Source of the DNA: Burkholderiaceae bacterium
GTDB taxonomy: Bacteria; Pseudomonadota; Gammaproteobacteria; Burkholderiales; Burkholderiaceae_C
NCBI GenBank assembly: GCA_019745555.1
Contig: JAIESX010000013.1
Coordinates: 13,359 to 77,358, forward strand
DNA: 64,000 bases
Direction of reading: 5' to 3'
The translations under genes were made by a program, and so were the position numbers. Shown piece after piece: positions 1 through 10,433 of the stretch. Under the pieces are notes generated by a model. That model was not told the DNA's origin, did no database searches, and worked only from the letters and a program-made list of their open reading frames with translations. Position 1 is the first letter of the stretch; every line of letters starts with the position of its first letter.

Positions 1-1350
<1,350 letters not shown>

Positions 1351-1357
1351 GGCGCAA

Positions 1358-1447
1358 CCCCCTGAGCGGCTGTGCCGCTTCCCCCTTCTGCTGCGCGAAG
1401 GGGGACGACGCCAGTGGCCGGGCGTAGCCCGTTCCACGGCGTCCCCC
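1358..1447. repeat. Intergenic multi-hairpin REP-like palindromic element between convergent genes
   Basis: Three consecutive stems: agcggc-tgt-gccgct, tcccccttc-tgctgcgc-gaaggggga, and gacgcc..gtgg..gggc-gta-gccc..ccac-ggcgtc. Confidence 0.6.
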
Positions 1448-1468
1448 GCATCAATACCGGAGTTGACC

Positions 1469-2016
1469 TCAGTCAAAGAGGCCGGGGCCGCCGAAGCGCG
1501 CGCCTTCGATCTCCAGCATCTTCAGCTTGGTCTGCAGGCCGCCATGGGCCGAGAAGCCGCCGGTACCGGTCTGCGCGCCCAGCACACGGTGGCAGGGCAC
1601 CACGGGGCAAAGGGATTCGCCCCCAGGGCCTGGCCCACGGCGCGGGCGGCACCCGGTTCACCCAGGCGCTGCGCCACTTCACCATAGGTCAGCGTCTCGC
1701 CCGGCGGGATGCGTCTCGCGAGTTCATAGACGCGCTGGTGAAAGGGCGGTACGCCCGTCATGTCCAGCGGCAGGTGGCTGAGATCACGAGGCTCCGTTGG
1801 GTGACCTTCAAGCAGGGCGGTGATGGCGGCGATGGCCTTCAACACGAAAGGCGGCGGGGTGTCTTCCCGGAGATCGGGAAAGCGGCGCGCCATGCGCTGA
1901 CGTGTCGCCGCCTCGTCAACTTCGGGCAGCTGCACGCAAGTCAGTGCCCGAGTGTTCCAGGCGATGCCGCAAAAGCCCAGGGGTGTGGGGAAGAGGGCGT
2001 AGGCCAGCGTATTCAT
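1469..2016 (-). pseudogene. ogt: Methylated-DNA--protein-cysteine S-methyltransferase with a 1-nt frameshift (pseudogene or sequencing error)
   Basis: MNTLAY...IPPGETLTYGEVA...ARAVGQALGANPFAP continues in another frame as VVPCHRVLGA...GGFSAHGGLQTKLKMLEIEG...LFD*. Span is 548 nt, not a multiple of 3. The shift lies in the G4 run at 1604-1607. Confidence 0.85.
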
Positions 2017-2039
2017 GACATGACGCGGGCCGGCAGGAC

Positions 2040-2810
2040 TCAGAGCCCTTGCAGCTCCAGCACCACGGGCGCGTGATCGCTGGGGCGCTCGTTGCGGCGC
2101 GGCGTGATGTCGACAGCGCAGGCGGTGGCCAGGGGCTTGAGCGCATCGCTGATCAGGATGTGGTCGATGCGCAGGCCCTGCTTGCGGCGGAAGGCCATGT
2201 TGCGGTAGTCCCACCAGGAGTAGTTGCGCTCGGGCTGGGGGAAGAGCCGCACGCTGTCGTGCAGGCCCAGGGCGATCAGGGCCTGCAGATGCGTGCGCTC
2301 TTCCACCGTGCAGTGGATGCTGTCCTTGAGCCCGACCGGGTCCCAGACGTCGAGGTCATCGAAGGTGATGTTGTAGTCGCCCATGAGTACCAGCCGTGGG
2401 TGTTGCGCCAGTTCGCCTCGGATCCACTCGCGCAGTGCATCGAGCCAGCGCATCTTGTAGGCGAACTTGTCCGAGCCCGGTTCCTGGCCATTGGGGAAGT
2501 AGGCGCCGATCACCCGCACACCGTTGACCGTGGCACTGATCACGCGCGCCATCTCGTCCTCAAAGCCGGGGATGTTGCGCACCACGGCCTCCAGCTGTGT
2601 ACGGGACAGCAGGGCCACGCCGTTGTAGGTCTTCTGGCCGAAGCTCTCGGCCTGGTAGCCGGCGGCGGCGAAGTCCTGGAAGGGAAACTTGTCGTCGGTG
2701 AGCTTGAGCTCCTGCAGGGCCAGCACATCAACCGGGTTGGCGGCCAGCCAGTCCAGCACCTGCGGCAGCCGCACATTGAGCGAGTTGACGTTCCAGGTGG
2801 CGAGCTTCAT
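2040..2810 (-). CDS. xth: Exodeoxyribonuclease III
   Basis: MKLATWNVNS, LQELK, GQKTYNGVA, GDYN, WWDYR, RIDHIL and SDHAP motifs. Confidence 0.95.
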   Translation of the reverse strand: MKLATWNVNSLNVRLPQVLDWLAANPVDVLALQELKLTDDKFPFQDFAAAGYQAESFGQKTYNGVALLSRTQLEAVVRNIPGFEDEMARVISATVNGVRVIGAYFPNGQEPGSDKFAYKMRWLDALREWIRGELAQHPRLVLMGDYNITFDDLDVWDPVGLKDSIHCTVEERTHLQALIALGLHDSVRLFPQPERNYSWWDYRNMAFRRKQGLRIDHILISDALKPLATACAVDITPRRNERPSDHAPVVLELQGL

Positions 2811-2820
2811 CGCGGCGGCC

Positions 2821-3414
2821 TCAGATGTGGAACAGGGCTAGCCCGCCGATGGCCACGCCGATGGCGCCGCCGGCGAACATGGCGACCTCGAGCCACTTCT
2901 TGCGCGTCAGCAGGGCGATGGCGGCCATGGCGATGGCAACCTGCAGCACCGTCGTGGCCTGGGCCCAGCGGTGATGCAGATGGATCTGCTCATCGCTCCT
3001 CTTGTCCCATTCGGTTGCCTCGGCCTCGAGTTTCTCGGCCACGAGCTTGATCTCGCCCTTTTCCTTCTCGTAGCGGTCGATCTTGGCCTGGTACTTCTCG
3101 CGCTCGGTGAGGCTGGGGCTGAGATCGCGCGAGACCTCGGCCAGCGACTGCTTGGTGCTCTTGGCCTGGAAGTAGTTCCACTGGTTGGCGGCCTCGGTCT
3201 TCTTGAGGGCCGCGTTATTCTTGTACAGGCCGGCATTGGCCTGGGTGGCACCGCCCATGTAGGCGAAGATGGCACCCACGGTGGCGATGATGGCCGTGAA
3301 CATGGCGATCTGGTTGGTCATGCCGTTGCCGTGTTCGCCCTGGGCTGCGGCATGCGTGGCATGTTCGAGTTCGTGGTCGTGCGGGCCGTGCACGTGAAAA
3401 CCGCCGGAGGACAT
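2821..3414 (-). CDS. DUF4337-like membrane protein
   Basis: MSSGGFHVHGPHDHELEH start, EAANQWNYFQAKSTKQ motif, TM segments at both ends. Confidence 0.75.
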   Translation of the reverse strand: MSSGGFHVHGPHDHELEHATHAAAQGEHGNGMTNQIAMFTAIIATVGAIFAYMGGATQANAGLYKNNAALKKTEAANQWNYFQAKSTKQSLAEVSRDLSPSLTEREKYQAKIDRYEKEKGEIKLVAEKLEAEATEWDKRSDEQIHLHHRWAQATTVLQVAIAMAAIALLTRKKWLEVAMFAGGAIGVAIGGLALFHI

Positions 3415-3415
3415 C

Positions 3416-3910
3416 TCAGGTTCCTTGTGTGTTCGTGTAGGTGACAAAGCTGAAGCGCAGGCCGGTGGAGGACTGCTGGGTTTCCCGCCGGATCTCCTTC
3501 CAGCCCGGCCCGAATTGTGGCGCAAAGGCGTCCCCCTCGAACTCGGCCTCGATCTCGGTGACCACGGCCGTGCTGGCCAGCGGCAGGGCCTGGGCGTAGA
3601 TCTCGGCGCCGCCGATGATCCACGCGTCGGGCACCTCGCCGCATAGTCTCAGCGCCTCATCCAGCGAGTGCGCGACCTGCGCCCCCTCGGCCTGCCAGTC
3701 CCGCTGGCGCGTCACGACCACATTGGTGCGGCCGGGCAGCGGGCGAAAGCGGGCGGGAAGCGATTCCCAGGTCTTGCGACCCATGATCACGGGCGCGCCC
3801 AGCGTGGTGCGCTTGAAGTGGGCCAGGTCCTCGGGCAGGTGCCAGGGCATGGTGCCGTTCTTGCCGATGGCGCCGTTGGCGGCGCGCGCAAAGATCAGGT
3901 GCAGTTTCAT
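3416..3910 (-). CDS. folA: Dihydrofolate reductase
   Basis: MPWHLPEDLAHFK, VIMGRKTWES, RPLPGR, IIGGAEIY and GDAFAP motifs. Start overlaps the upstream stop (ATGA). Confidence 0.95.
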   Translation of the reverse strand: MKLHLIFARAANGAIGKNGTMPWHLPEDLAHFKRTTLGAPVIMGRKTWESLPARFRPLPGRTNVVVTRQRDWQAEGAQVAHSLDEALRLCGEVPDAWIIGGAEIYAQALPLASTAVVTEIEAEFEGDAFAPQFGPGWKEIRRETQQSSTGLRFSFVTYTNTQGT

Positions 3911-4788
3911 ACGGTCGCTTTCCGGGCGGGCAGCAGCACGGCAGCGATGGCTGCCATCACGAAGACGATGGCCAGGTAGTCCTGCCAGGTCGGCCACTCG
4001 CCGACGATGAAGGTGGCACTGAGCGTGCCCACGAGCGGGATGGCCATCACGCTCATGGCGCTGGTGGCCGGCGGCAGATGGCGCGCCAGTCCGGCCCAGA
4101 GGGTCTGGGCGAAGCCGTAGTTGATGAAGGCGCCGTAGACCAGGCTGGCCCACATGGGCGCGCTGAACTGCCAGCTGGGCCAGGGCTCGCTGGCGAAGGC
4201 GATGACCCAGAGGCAGGCGGAGGTCAGGATCATCATCCAGATCGTCAAGGTCTCCACGGGCAGGGTCAGATGGGCGCGGCGCATCATCAGCGTGCCGATG
4301 GCCCAGCTGATGGCGGCGATCTCCATCCAGACGATGCCCAGGGGACGGCCCGTGAGCGCCGTGAACTCGCTGGAGGTCAGCAGGCCGATCGCCACGGCCA
4401 CGGCAATGACCGCGACCACCGTGCGCTGCGTGAGGCGTTGACCGAGAAACAGCGCGCCCAGCAGCACCGTCCAGATCGGCATGGTGAAGCCCAGGATGGC
4501 GGCGCGCCCCGAGGCCAGCTCCTTGACGCCAAGGATGGACACCGTGTGCCAGCCCAGCATATTGGGGATGCCCAGCGTCACCACAGAGCGCCATTCCGCG
4601 CCCTGCGGCAGCATGCGCAGGCCGCGCGCGCGGTAGAAGCTATAGAGGAAGATCGCCCCGCACGTCATGGTGAGCGCGCGGAAGTAAAGCGGCGAGAGTT
4701 CCCTTAGCGAGAACTTCATCATCGGCCAGTTGATGCCCCACATCAGCGTGAGCATCACCAGGGTCAGCAGCTGCTTGCGGCTGATCAC
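3907..4788 (-). CDS. DMT/EamA family transporter
   Basis: About 10 hydrophobic helices, WGINWP motif, two EamA-like halves. Confidence 0.85.
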   Translation of the reverse strand: MISRKQLLTLVMLTLMWGINWPMMKFSLRELSPLYFRALTMTCGAIFLYSFYRARGLRMLPQGAEWRSVVTLGIPNMLGWHTVSILGVKELASGRAAILGFTMPIWTVLLGALFLGQRLTQRTVVAVIAVAVAIGLLTSSEFTALTGRPLGIVWMEIAAISWAIGTLMMRRAHLTLPVETLTIWMMILTSACLWVIAFASEPWPSWQFSAPMWASLVYGAFINYGFAQTLWAGLARHLPPATSAMSVMAIPLVGTLSATFIVGEWPTWQDYLAIVFVMAAIAAVLLPARKATV

Positions 4789-4806
4789 ACGGTCACCACG
4801 GCGTTC

Positions 4807-5619
4807 TCAGACCGCCACCGGCGCCTTGATGGCCGGGTGGCACTGGTAGTCCAGCACCTCGAAGTCCTCGTACTGGTAGTCGAAGATCGAATCGGGCCGG
4901 CGCTTGATGTTCAGTGTGGGATAGGGGTAGGGCGTGCGCGAGAGCTGCAGCTTCACCTGTTCGTGGTGGTTGCTGTAGATGTGGCAGTCGCCGCCGGTCC
5001 AGATGAAGTCGCCCACGCCCAGGTCGCACTGCTGCGCGATCATGTGCGTCAGCAGGGCGTAGCTCGCGATGTTGAAAGGCACGCCGAGGAAGATGTCGGC
5101 ACTGCGCTGGTAGAGCTGGCAGCTCAGCCTGCCCCCGGCCACATAGAACTGGAAGAAGGCATGGCAGGGCATGAGCGCCATCTTGTTCAGCTCGGCCACG
5201 TTCCAGGCGCTCACGATGATGCGGCGCGAGTCGGGGTTGCTCTTGAGCGTCTTGATGACTTCGCCGATCTGGTCGATGTGGCCGCCATCGGGCGTGGGCC
5301 AGCTGCGCCACTGCACGCCGTAGACCGGCCCCAGGTCGCCGTCGGGCCGGGCCCATTCGTCCCAGATGGTCACGCCGCGTTCCTTGAGCCAGTTGTTGTT
5401 GCTCGAACCCGTGAGGAACCACAGCAGTTCGTAGATGATGGACTTGAGGTGCACCTTCTTGGTCGTCACCAGCGGGAAGCCTTCGTTGAGGTCGAAGCGC
5501 ATCTGGTGGCCGAACACGCTGCGCGTACCCGTGCCTGTGCGGTCGGTCTTGGGTACGCCCGTGGTGTACACGTGGCGCATGAAGTCTTCGTACTGGGAAC
5601 GGACGGGGCGGGTGGTCAT
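4807..5619 (-). CDS. thyA: Thymidylate synthase
   Basis: [24 protein letters not shown], catalytic [17 protein letters not shown]. Start placed at MTTRPV. Confidence 0.97.
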   Translation of the reverse strand: MTTRPVRSQYEDFMRHVYTTGVPKTDRTGTGTRSVFGHQMRFDLNEGFPLVTTKKVHLKSIIYELLWFLTGSSNNNWLKERGVTIWDEWARPDGDLGPVYGVQWRSWPTPDGGHIDQIGEVIKTLKSNPDSRRIIVSAWNVAELNKMALMPCHAFFQFYVAGGRLSCQLYQRSADIFLGVPFNIASYALLTHMIAQQCDLGVGDFIWTGGDCHIYSNHHEQVKLQLSRTPYPYPTLNIKRRPDSIFDYQYEDFEVLDYQCHPAIKAPVAV

Positions 5620-5721
5620 GCCAGCGATTTTCCTACAACTTGGGCGCCTGCCCGGCTTAGGGTGGCAGCCGGTTCCGCGCGCTGCTGTGGCCGTACCTAG
5701 CCGGTCTAGACCCGGGCGCAT

Positions 5722-6309
5722 GTGGCTTGCCGGGTCTCGGCCCGGCGGCCGAGGTACTTTCTTTTGCTTCGCCAAAAGAAAGTACCCAAAGAAAAGGCGA
5801 CCCTGGTGTCTGTGACCCCGACTTCTTCGGGGCAACCTGCGATGCTCGCGTCAGGCGGGAGCCGCGCAAACTCGCCCTGCGGGCTCAAACATGCGCGTCT
5901 CTTGATCCGCCTGCCGCTGCGCTTCTCGGCACAGACACAAGGGCGAGGGAGACCCAACAGCCGAACCCCACAAGGATGCGCCATGGCGAGTCGTTGTTGA
6001 ATTGGTTTTCGGAGCCCACCGCCGTGTGCGGAGGCGAGTAGCGCAGGGCTAAGCGGGGGGCGCGCATGTCTGAGCGCAGCGAGTTTGCGCGCACCCCGCT
6101 TAGGCCGAGCAACGCAGCGTGCCCGAAGCGTAGCGGAGGGACGACGCACCCGGCTCGCCTTTTTTTGCTTACTTTGGTGTTTGCGTAACTTTGCTGCGCA
6201 AAGTGAGCAAACCCCGCGCGCGTAGCGCGCCATGGCGAAGCAGAGAAAACCCGCTACGCGGGTTTCGATAAAGTAGGTCGCCCGCCGGGGCGAGACCCGG
6301 CAAAGCCAC
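5722..6309. repeat. MITE/REPIN-like non-coding element, copy 1 (inverted dimer of ~220-nt structured units)
   Basis: Terminal inverted repeats gtggcttgccgggtctcg / cgagacccggcaaagccac. Extensive identity with 20847-21368. Many internal hairpins. Confidence 0.85.
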
Positions 6310-6342
6310 GCGGGCAGGGCCTCATGCCAGAGGCCAATCACT

Positions 6343-7785
6343 TCACCCGCGAATCATGCGGCCAGGATTCATCAGATTCATCGGATCCAGTGCCTGCTTG
6401 ATGCCGCGCATGAGACCGAGTGCCACAGGCGACTTGTGGTCCGGCAGCTTGTCCACCTTGAGGCTTCCTATGCCATGCTCGGCCGAGATCGAACCGCGGT
6501 AGCGGTCCACCACCTCGTAGACCAGGGCGTTCATCGGGCCCTCTTCCTCGGCGAGGAAGCGCTTCTGGTCCTCACCCTCGGGGGCCTGCACGTTGTAGTG
6601 CAGGTTGCCGTCGCCCAGATGGCCGTAGGTCACCAGGCGCGCGCCGGGGAATTTCTCCAGCAGCAGGGCATTGGTCTCGGCCACAAAGGCCGGGATGCGC
6701 GAGACGTTGATCGAGATGTCGTGCTTGATGTTCAGGCCTTCCTGGGCCTGGGCCAGGGGGATGCTCTCGCGGATATGCCACAGGGCCTTGGCCTGGGCCA
6801 TGCTTTCCGCGACCACGGCGTCGGTCACGCAGCCGGCTTCCATGGCGGCTTCGAGCAGGCGCTCGAACTGCTGACGCGCGTGGGCTTCCGATTCGTTGTC
6901 CGAGTTCTCCAGCACCACACACCAGGGCGACTCCTGCCAGAAGGGCACGCGCTGCTGCGGGAAATGCTTGGCCACCAGGCTCAGCGCGAACTGGCCCATG
7001 ACCTCGAAGCCGGTCAGGCCCGCGCTCAGGTGTTCATGCGCCAGTCCCAGCAGCTGCACAGCCGCCTCCATGGAGGGTACGGCAGCCAGGGCCGTGAGCT
7101 GGGCCTTGGGCAGGGGATAGATCTTCATGGTGGCGCCGGTGATGACGCCCAGCGTGCCTTCGGAGCCGATGAACAGGTGACGCAGGTCGTAACCCGTGTT
7201 GTCCTTGCGCAGGCCCAGCAGGCCGTCCCAGATCTCGCCCTGCGCCGTCACGACCTCCAGGCCCAGGCACAGCTCGCGCGTGTTGCCGTAGCGCACGACC
7301 TGGGTGCCACCAGCGTTGGTGCCCAGGTTGCCGCCGATGGTGCAACTGCCTTCGGAGGCGAGACTGAGGGGGAAGAGGAAACCGGACTTCTCGCACTCTT
7401 CCTGCAGGTTCTGCAGCACGCAGCCGGCGTCCACGGTGATGGTCAGGTTACCGGCGTCCAGGCTGCGCACCTTGTTCATACGCGTGAGGCTCAGCACCAC
7501 CTGGGTGCCGGACTCATCCGGCGTGGAGCCGACCACCATGCCGGTGTTGCCGCCTTGCGGCACCATGGCCACGCGTGCGGCGGCGCAGGCCTTGACCACG
7601 GCGGCCACTTCCTGCGTGTTGCCAGGGCGCACCACGGCCAGAGCGACGCCACGTTCGCGGCCGCGCCAGTCCAGCTCCCAGGCCGTGAGGTCGGCGGCAG
7701 GGTCTTCGTGGGTCAGCACATAGGGGGTGCCGACGATGCTGCGCAGCTGGTCCAGCAGCGCCTTCTGTTCAGACGTGAGATTCAT
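6343..7785 (-). CDS. FAD-binding oxidoreductase (D-lactate/D-2-hydroxyglutarate dehydrogenase-like)
   Basis: PQGGNTG, IGGNLGTNAGG, LRKDNTGYDL, GSEGTLG, GHLGDGNLHYN and SAEHGIG motifs. Confidence 0.9.
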   Translation of the reverse strand: MNLTSEQKALLDQLRSIVGTPYVLTHEDPAADLTAWELDWRGRERGVALAVVRPGNTQEVAAVVKACAAARVAMVPQGGNTGMVVGSTPDESGTQVVLSLTRMNKVRSLDAGNLTITVDAGCVLQNLQEECEKSGFLFPLSLASEGSCTIGGNLGTNAGGTQVVRYGNTRELCLGLEVVTAQGEIWDGLLGLRKDNTGYDLRHLFIGSEGTLGVITGATMKIYPLPKAQLTALAAVPSMEAAVQLLGLAHEHLSAGLTGFEVMGQFALSLVAKHFPQQRVPFWQESPWCVVLENSDNESEAHARQQFERLLEAAMEAGCVTDAVVAESMAQAKALWHIRESIPLAQAQEGLNIKHDISINVSRIPAFVAETNALLLEKFPGARLVTYGHLGDGNLHYNVQAPEGEDQKRFLAEEEGPMNALVYEVVDRYRGSISAEHGIGSLKVDKLPDHKSPVALGLMRGIKQALDPMNLMNPGRMIRG

Positions 7786-8174
7786 GATGGGGCAGTTTCG
7801 GTTTGGCCGGCCTCGCGCGCGGCGCGCAGGCGCAGGCGGATGTGCAGGGTGCAGCCGATGAAAAGGGCCAGACCCAGCAGTACTTCCAGCACGGCCAGCC
7901 AGGCGCCCGGTGCGGGCTCGCTGGTGGCGCGCACCAGGCCTTCGAGCACGTAGAGCCAGACCAGCAGGCTGAGCCAGCGGTAGGTGTACATGCGGTTCTT
8001 GAGCAGGCCGGCCAGCGGCAGGCACAGGGGCAGGACCTTGAGCGCGAGCCAGGAGCCGCCGGGACGGACCGGAGCCAGCCAGAGCTCCCAGGCCAGGCCG
8101 AGCGCAATCAGGCCCAGCAGGCTGGCCACGGTCAGGCGGCGACTCAGCGTGACGTGGGGTGCAGTGTCATTCAT
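7782..8174 (-). CDS. DUF2069-like membrane protein
   Basis: WELWLAPVRPGGSWLALKVLPL and YTYRWLSLLVWLY motifs. Stop overlaps the start of the downstream gene. Confidence 0.75.
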   Translation of the reverse strand: MNDTAPHVTLSRRLTVASLLGLIALGLAWELWLAPVRPGGSWLALKVLPLCLPLAGLLKNRMYTYRWLSLLVWLYVLEGLVRATSEPAPGAWLAVLEVLLGLALFIGCTLHIRLRLRAAREAGQTETAPS

Positions 8175-8195
8175 CGAAGCTGGCATCATAGCGGC

Positions 8196-9419
8196 ATGAG
8201 CCTGTCCCTCCGCCTGCAAGAGCTGCTCGGCGACCTTTCGCGCTTCCCCTGGAAGAACACCGCCCTGACCCTGCGTGAGCGGTTCCGCGAGGACCGTCTG
8301 GGCCTGTCTGCCAGCAGCCTGACTTTCACCACCACCATTGCCCTGGTGCCCCTGCTGACCGTGGCCCTGGCCCTGTTCACGGCCTTCCCCATGTTCGCCA
8401 AGTTCCAGGACGTGTTGCAGAAATGGCTGGTCGAGAGCCTGGTGCCCGACAACATCGCGCGCCAGGTGCTGGGCTACCTGACGCAGTTCGCCAGCCGTGC
8501 CGGGCGCCTGGGCTGGGCCGGCCTCACGGTGCTCTTCTTCACCGCGCTGAGTCTGGTGTTCACCATCGACCGCACGCTCAATGCCATCTGGCGCGTGCGC
8601 CGGCCGCGCCCCTTCGGCCAGCGCCTGCTGATCTACTGGGCCGCGCTGACGCTGGGGCCGTTGCTGCTGGCTATCAGCCTGACCATCACCTCCTACATCG
8701 TCACGGCCTCGCGCGGCATGGTGGGCGGCATGCCCGGTGGCTTGCGTCTGCTGCTCGACGGTGTGGAGTTCCTGCTGGTGGCCGCAGGACTGGCTGCCAC
8801 CTACCACTACGTACCCCACACCCGGGTCAAATGGACCCATGCCTGGAGCGGCGCGCTGTTCGCGACGCTGGCGCTTGAAGGCGCCAAGAAGCTGCTGGCG
8901 CTCTACCTCAAGGCCGTGCCCACCTATTCGGCGGTCTACGGCGCCTTTGCCACCGTGCCCATCCTGCTGGTCTGGATCTATGTGGCCTGGGTCATCGTGC
9001 TGCTGGGGGCGGTGATCGCGGCCTACCTGCCCAGTCTGCTGGCCGGCGTGGCGCGTCGCTCGCCCGGGCCAGGCTGGCGTTTCCAGCTCAGCATCGAGCT
9101 GCTGCAACTGCTCGACAGCGCACGCCAGGCGCCGGGCCACGGCCTGACCCTGATGCAGATCGCCGAGCGCCTGCGCGTGGATCCGCTGCAGATCGAGGCG
9201 CTGGTCGAGACCCTGGTGCAACTGGACTGGGTGGGCCGCGTGGGCGAGGCCGGCAACGGGACACCGCCGCGCCTGGTGCTGCTGGCCGATCCCGATTTCA
9301 CGCCGCTGTCCCCGCTGCTGCAGGCCCTGCTGCTGCCGCGCGAGGGCAGCACCGACCCCTTCTGGCACAACGCCGGTTTGCCGGCGCTGAGCCTGCGCGA
9401 CGCCCTGACGCCGCGCTGA
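8196..9419 (+). CDS. YihY/BrkB (virulence factor) family inner membrane protein
   Basis: ASSLTFTT..ALVP, TIDRTLNAIW and YSAVYGAFATVPILLVWIY motifs, plus a C-terminal HTH-like extension. Confidence 0.9.
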   Translation: MSLSLRLQELLGDLSRFPWKNTALTLRERFREDRLGLSASSLTFTTTIALVPLLTVALALFTAFPMFAKFQDVLQKWLVESLVPDNIARQVLGYLTQFASRAGRLGWAGLTVLFFTALSLVFTIDRTLNAIWRVRRPRPFGQRLLIYWAALTLGPLLLAISLTITSYIVTASRGMVGGMPGGLRLLLDGVEFLLVAAGLAATYHYVPHTRVKWTHAWSGALFATLALEGAKKLLALYLKAVPTYSAVYGAFATVPILLVWIYVAWVIVLLGAVIAAYLPSLLAGVARRSPGPGWRFQLSIELLQLLDSARQAPGHGLTLMQIAERLRVDPLQIEALVETLVQLDWVGRVGEAGNGTPPRLVLLADPDFTPLSPLLQALLLPREGSTDPFWHNAGLPALSLRDALTPR

Positions 9420-9428
9420 GCGAGGGGC

Positions 9429-9755
9429 TCAGAACGGGATCTTGCCGGTCCAGATGTCCTTGTACATGACCCAGTCGCCCATGAAGCTGTAGAGCGGGCG
9501 CTTGAAGCTGGCGGGCTTGTTCTTCTCGAAGGCGAAATGCCCCAGCCAGGCGAAGCCGTAGCCGCAGAGCAGGGCGTAGAGGAAATACTGGGGCTGGCCC
9601 GTGACGACTAGCAGGACGAAGCAGACCAGGGCCAGCGTGCTGCCCAGGAAGTGCAGGCGACGGCAGGTGCGGTTGCTGTGCTCGCCCAGGTAGAAGGGGT
9701 AGAAGTCGGCGAAGCGGGTGAAGCTGCGCGGATCGACGGTGCCGGTGGTTTGCAT
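9429..9755 (-). CDS. DUF962 (Mpo1-like) membrane protein
   Basis: FYPFYLGEH..CRRLHF and GYGFAWLGHFAFEKNKPASF motifs. Confidence 0.85.
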   Translation of the reverse strand: MQTTGTVDPRSFTRFADFYPFYLGEHSNRTCRRLHFLGSTLALVCFVLLVVTGQPQYFLYALLCGYGFAWLGHFAFEKNKPASFKRPLYSFMGDWVMYKDIWTGKIPF

Positions 9756-9887
9756 GGCGGTCTCCGGGTGTTCTGGTCTGGCCGCGAGTGTAGGCCTGCG
9801 CCAGGCCCCCGGGCAAGCCCGCAGGCGACAGGGCCGGGCGCAGGGGTATAGTGCCGCCGTCTACGCTCCTGAAGAGAATCTCTCCGC

Positions 9888-10430
9888 ATGTCCGATGCCG
9901 CGCTGCACCAGCTGCGTATGCTGACCCGCTACACCGCCTGGGCCAACACGCGCCTGTACGACACCCTGGCCGCCCTGCCGGCCGGCGAGGCCACGGCCCG
10001 CCGCAACCACGGCCAGCACAGCATGGTGGGCACGCTGGCCCATGCCTGGGTGGTGGACCGGATCTGGCAGGCGCATCTGCAGGGCCGTGCCCACGGTTAC
10101 ACCACGCGCCAGCCCGCACAGGAGCCGGCGCTCGAACAGCTGCGCCAGGATCAGGCCGAGTTGGACCGCTGGTACATCGCCTGTGCCGACGGTCTGGATG
10201 CGACCCGTCTGGCCGAGGAGATCGACTTCCGCTTCGTCGACGGCGGCGCCGGCCGCATGAGTCGCGGCGACATGCTGCTGCATGTGATCAACCACAAGAC
10301 CTACCATCGCGGCTATGTGGCCGACATGCTCTACCAGGCGGGCTTCAAGCCGCCGGTCATGGACCTGCCGGTCATGGACCTGCCGGTCTTCCTGCGTGAC
10401 GTGCCGCAGACCTGGGACCGGGAGGGCTGA
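9888..10430 (+). CDS. DinB family protein
   Basis: YTAWAN, TLAH..VVDRIW and HVINHKTYHRG His triad. Confidence 0.85.
   Translation: MSDAALHQLRMLTRYTAWANTRLYDTLAALPAGEATARRNHGQHSMVGTLAHAWVVDRIWQAHLQGRAHGYTTRQPAQEPALEQLRQDQAELDRWYIACADGLDATRLAEEIDFRFVDGGAGRMSRGDMLLHVINHKTYHRGYVADMLYQAGFKPPVMDLPVMDLPVFLRDVPQTWDREG
10352..10388 (+). repeat. In-frame 15-bp tandem duplication (gccggtcatggacct x2 plus a partial copy)
   Basis: Seen directly. Encodes PVMDL-PVMDL-PV. Confidence 0.9.
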
Positions 10431-10433
10431 GCC

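Noticed and set aside
5657-6341. Several ORFs of 70-211 aa spanning the repeat, and the 342-aa extended thyA
   Set aside because: They are translations of the palindromic repeat. Similar peptides arise from copy 2 (20879-21425). thyA homology begins at 5619.
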